DNA from: Sphaerodactylus townsendi
Taxonomy: Eukaryota
Direction: 5' to 3'
NCBI RefSeq assembly: GCF_021028975.2
Contig: NC_059428.1
Span: forward strand, 43,152,001-43,216,000
DNA: 64,000 nt
Shown here: piece after piece, positions 62,390 to 64,000 of the stretch
Layout: each line of letters begins with the position of its first letter
Position numbering within the stretch: the stretch's first letter is position 1
Made by a program: the position numbers and the translations under genes
Notes under the pieces: model-generated
What the model saw: only the letters and a program-made list of their open reading frames with translations
What the model was told of the DNA's origin: nothing
The model's database searches: none

Positions 62390-64000
62390 ATGGCTGTCTT
62401 CAAGACTACAAGTAAATTACACTTTCTTGCTTTGTTGAAAACACTGTCTGCGCTGTGTTTTGAGCATATAAATCCTAGTAATTTCATGTGTGACTATAAG
62501 TGAGTAAACATGTACAGCAGACTTGTAATAATTTTATCATTCTCAGCACTAAAAATTAGAGACTGTAACTTTGGGACTAAAATGAAATTGGATACAAGAA
62601 AGATCAGAAAGGAAATGTCCAGCTTCAAAGCTGGAGTAAAATGAATGAGCTGAAGCTAACGACCACTGCAGTTGGTATTACAGCCTCTCAAATGCCATCT
62701 GGTCATGTCTCAAGTCAAAGGCCACTTCAAGCCATATGCCACATAAGGAATGAAATCTACATTGACTCATACTGCTGACAGAGATGAACTGACACTGCTA
62801 GCGGTCAACATAATTGCCTTTGCTTCCTGCATCTACCAGCTGAGTAAATTGATAGAAACCACGTGGTGAATGCAGGATACTCTTGCTCAGTTCCTTCAAG
62901 GATATAGCCAAATAGCCTATTTCACTGTTGACTGCTGGACAGAAGAGAGTTGTTCAGAATGACTGGGAAAAACTCCAAAATACAAACCTGAAGAGATGCA
63001 ATGATTTGACCACTGTGTCAGGGGGGAAATAAGGGACTTAATGGGCAAACAGCTTCACCTAAATTGGTAAATCTTTGTGCCTATGTCCTTTATCTTTAAA
63101 TTGATGGCTAATCTCAGATATAGGAAATGCTGCAATGCATACTATGTTGTTCTTTTGGGGGGCTTTAAATTTTTATGAGATAGTTAATTTTTATCCTTGT
63201 TCTGAGTAAAAAGTTTAAGAAATTTCATTTCCAATTTTGATGTGTTGAAGGAATCCCAATGTTTAGGAACACTGGCATCATAAATAAAGGCAATCCTTTA
63301 ACCAGATACGACCTATTTATATGTTCCCCCATAGACATTGACAGCTGGCAGATTGAAGTATTTGCATTCCTCTGTGAATCAGATCTTATGGGCGTCAAGC
63401 AGCCATCTTGGCACCAGATTCCAATTAAAAATATATATTGTTTAAGAACTGTTTGTGAAAAATCCATTTATTTTTAGATTGGACTATAAGACATTAGATT
63501 GCTATTGTAATTTTTCCCATCTGTATCCCAAAATTCACCTGAGAGTGATTTTAGCACTTTGCTGTTTCAAAGTAGGAATGAATCCTACTGTTTACCTATT
63601 TTAACAGCAAAGTCTGAAAGTCTGGAACAAATTTTGGGTCAAGACTATCAACTACATTGTCTACTACAGAAGGAAAATATATTACATACTTTTGAAACTA
63701 ACCCGAATAGTGTCACAAAAAGTTAACACCTGAGAGGGAGATATTTATTTTCCAATTGACCTTTGATCAAGCCTTTGGAACACCATTTTCCTGGTGAGAA
63801 AGGATCTCAGTTACAGGAAATAAATCATAGCTCAGGCTTGGGGGGAAATAATTTGGAAACTGTCCTTGCATCTTTCCAGACAATTGTACACAGTAGGATT
63901 TTAGCAAGTTCTAAACCTATTTGTCTGTTATAAGTTGTGTTGGGCTGACAAATAATTTTTATTTAAAATATTAGCATAGTGGGGCTTTTGTTGCAAATTT

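Overview
AT-rich, CpG-depleted vertebrate genomic DNA with three short assembly gaps. The repeat content points to a squamate reptile, most likely a gecko (inference). It includes Squam3-like tRNA SINEs with (TTC)n tails, 5S/Sauria-type SINEs, CR1, L2, L1, RTE, Penelope-like elements, and hAT and PIF/Harbinger MITEs. The window reads as intronic or intergenic DNA densely filled with nested, mostly decayed transposons. I could not identify any intact host protein-coding gene. The ORFs I could recognise are transposon remnants: a Ty1/Copia RNase H with its 3' LTR and polypurine tract, Penelope RT and GIY-YIG pieces, RTE and L1 endonucleases, CR1 and L2 RT, and a Gmr1-like Gypsy gag with a SCAN-like capsid. 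I cannot support a claim of a wholly new biological system. The observations most worth following up are: (1) a templated insertion in a CR1 that copies 29 bp from 3 kb upstream; (2) a fold-back hAT MITE family carrying paired ZNF143/THAP11-type motifs; (3) a head-to-head telomeric hairpin inside a hAT element; (4) an inverted flank duplication outside a MITE's TIRs; (5) hammerhead-ribozyme motifs in Penelope termini; and (6) young, CpG-rich Harbinger MITEs. Family names come from motif recognition by eye, not database searches, and boundaries of old elements are approximate.
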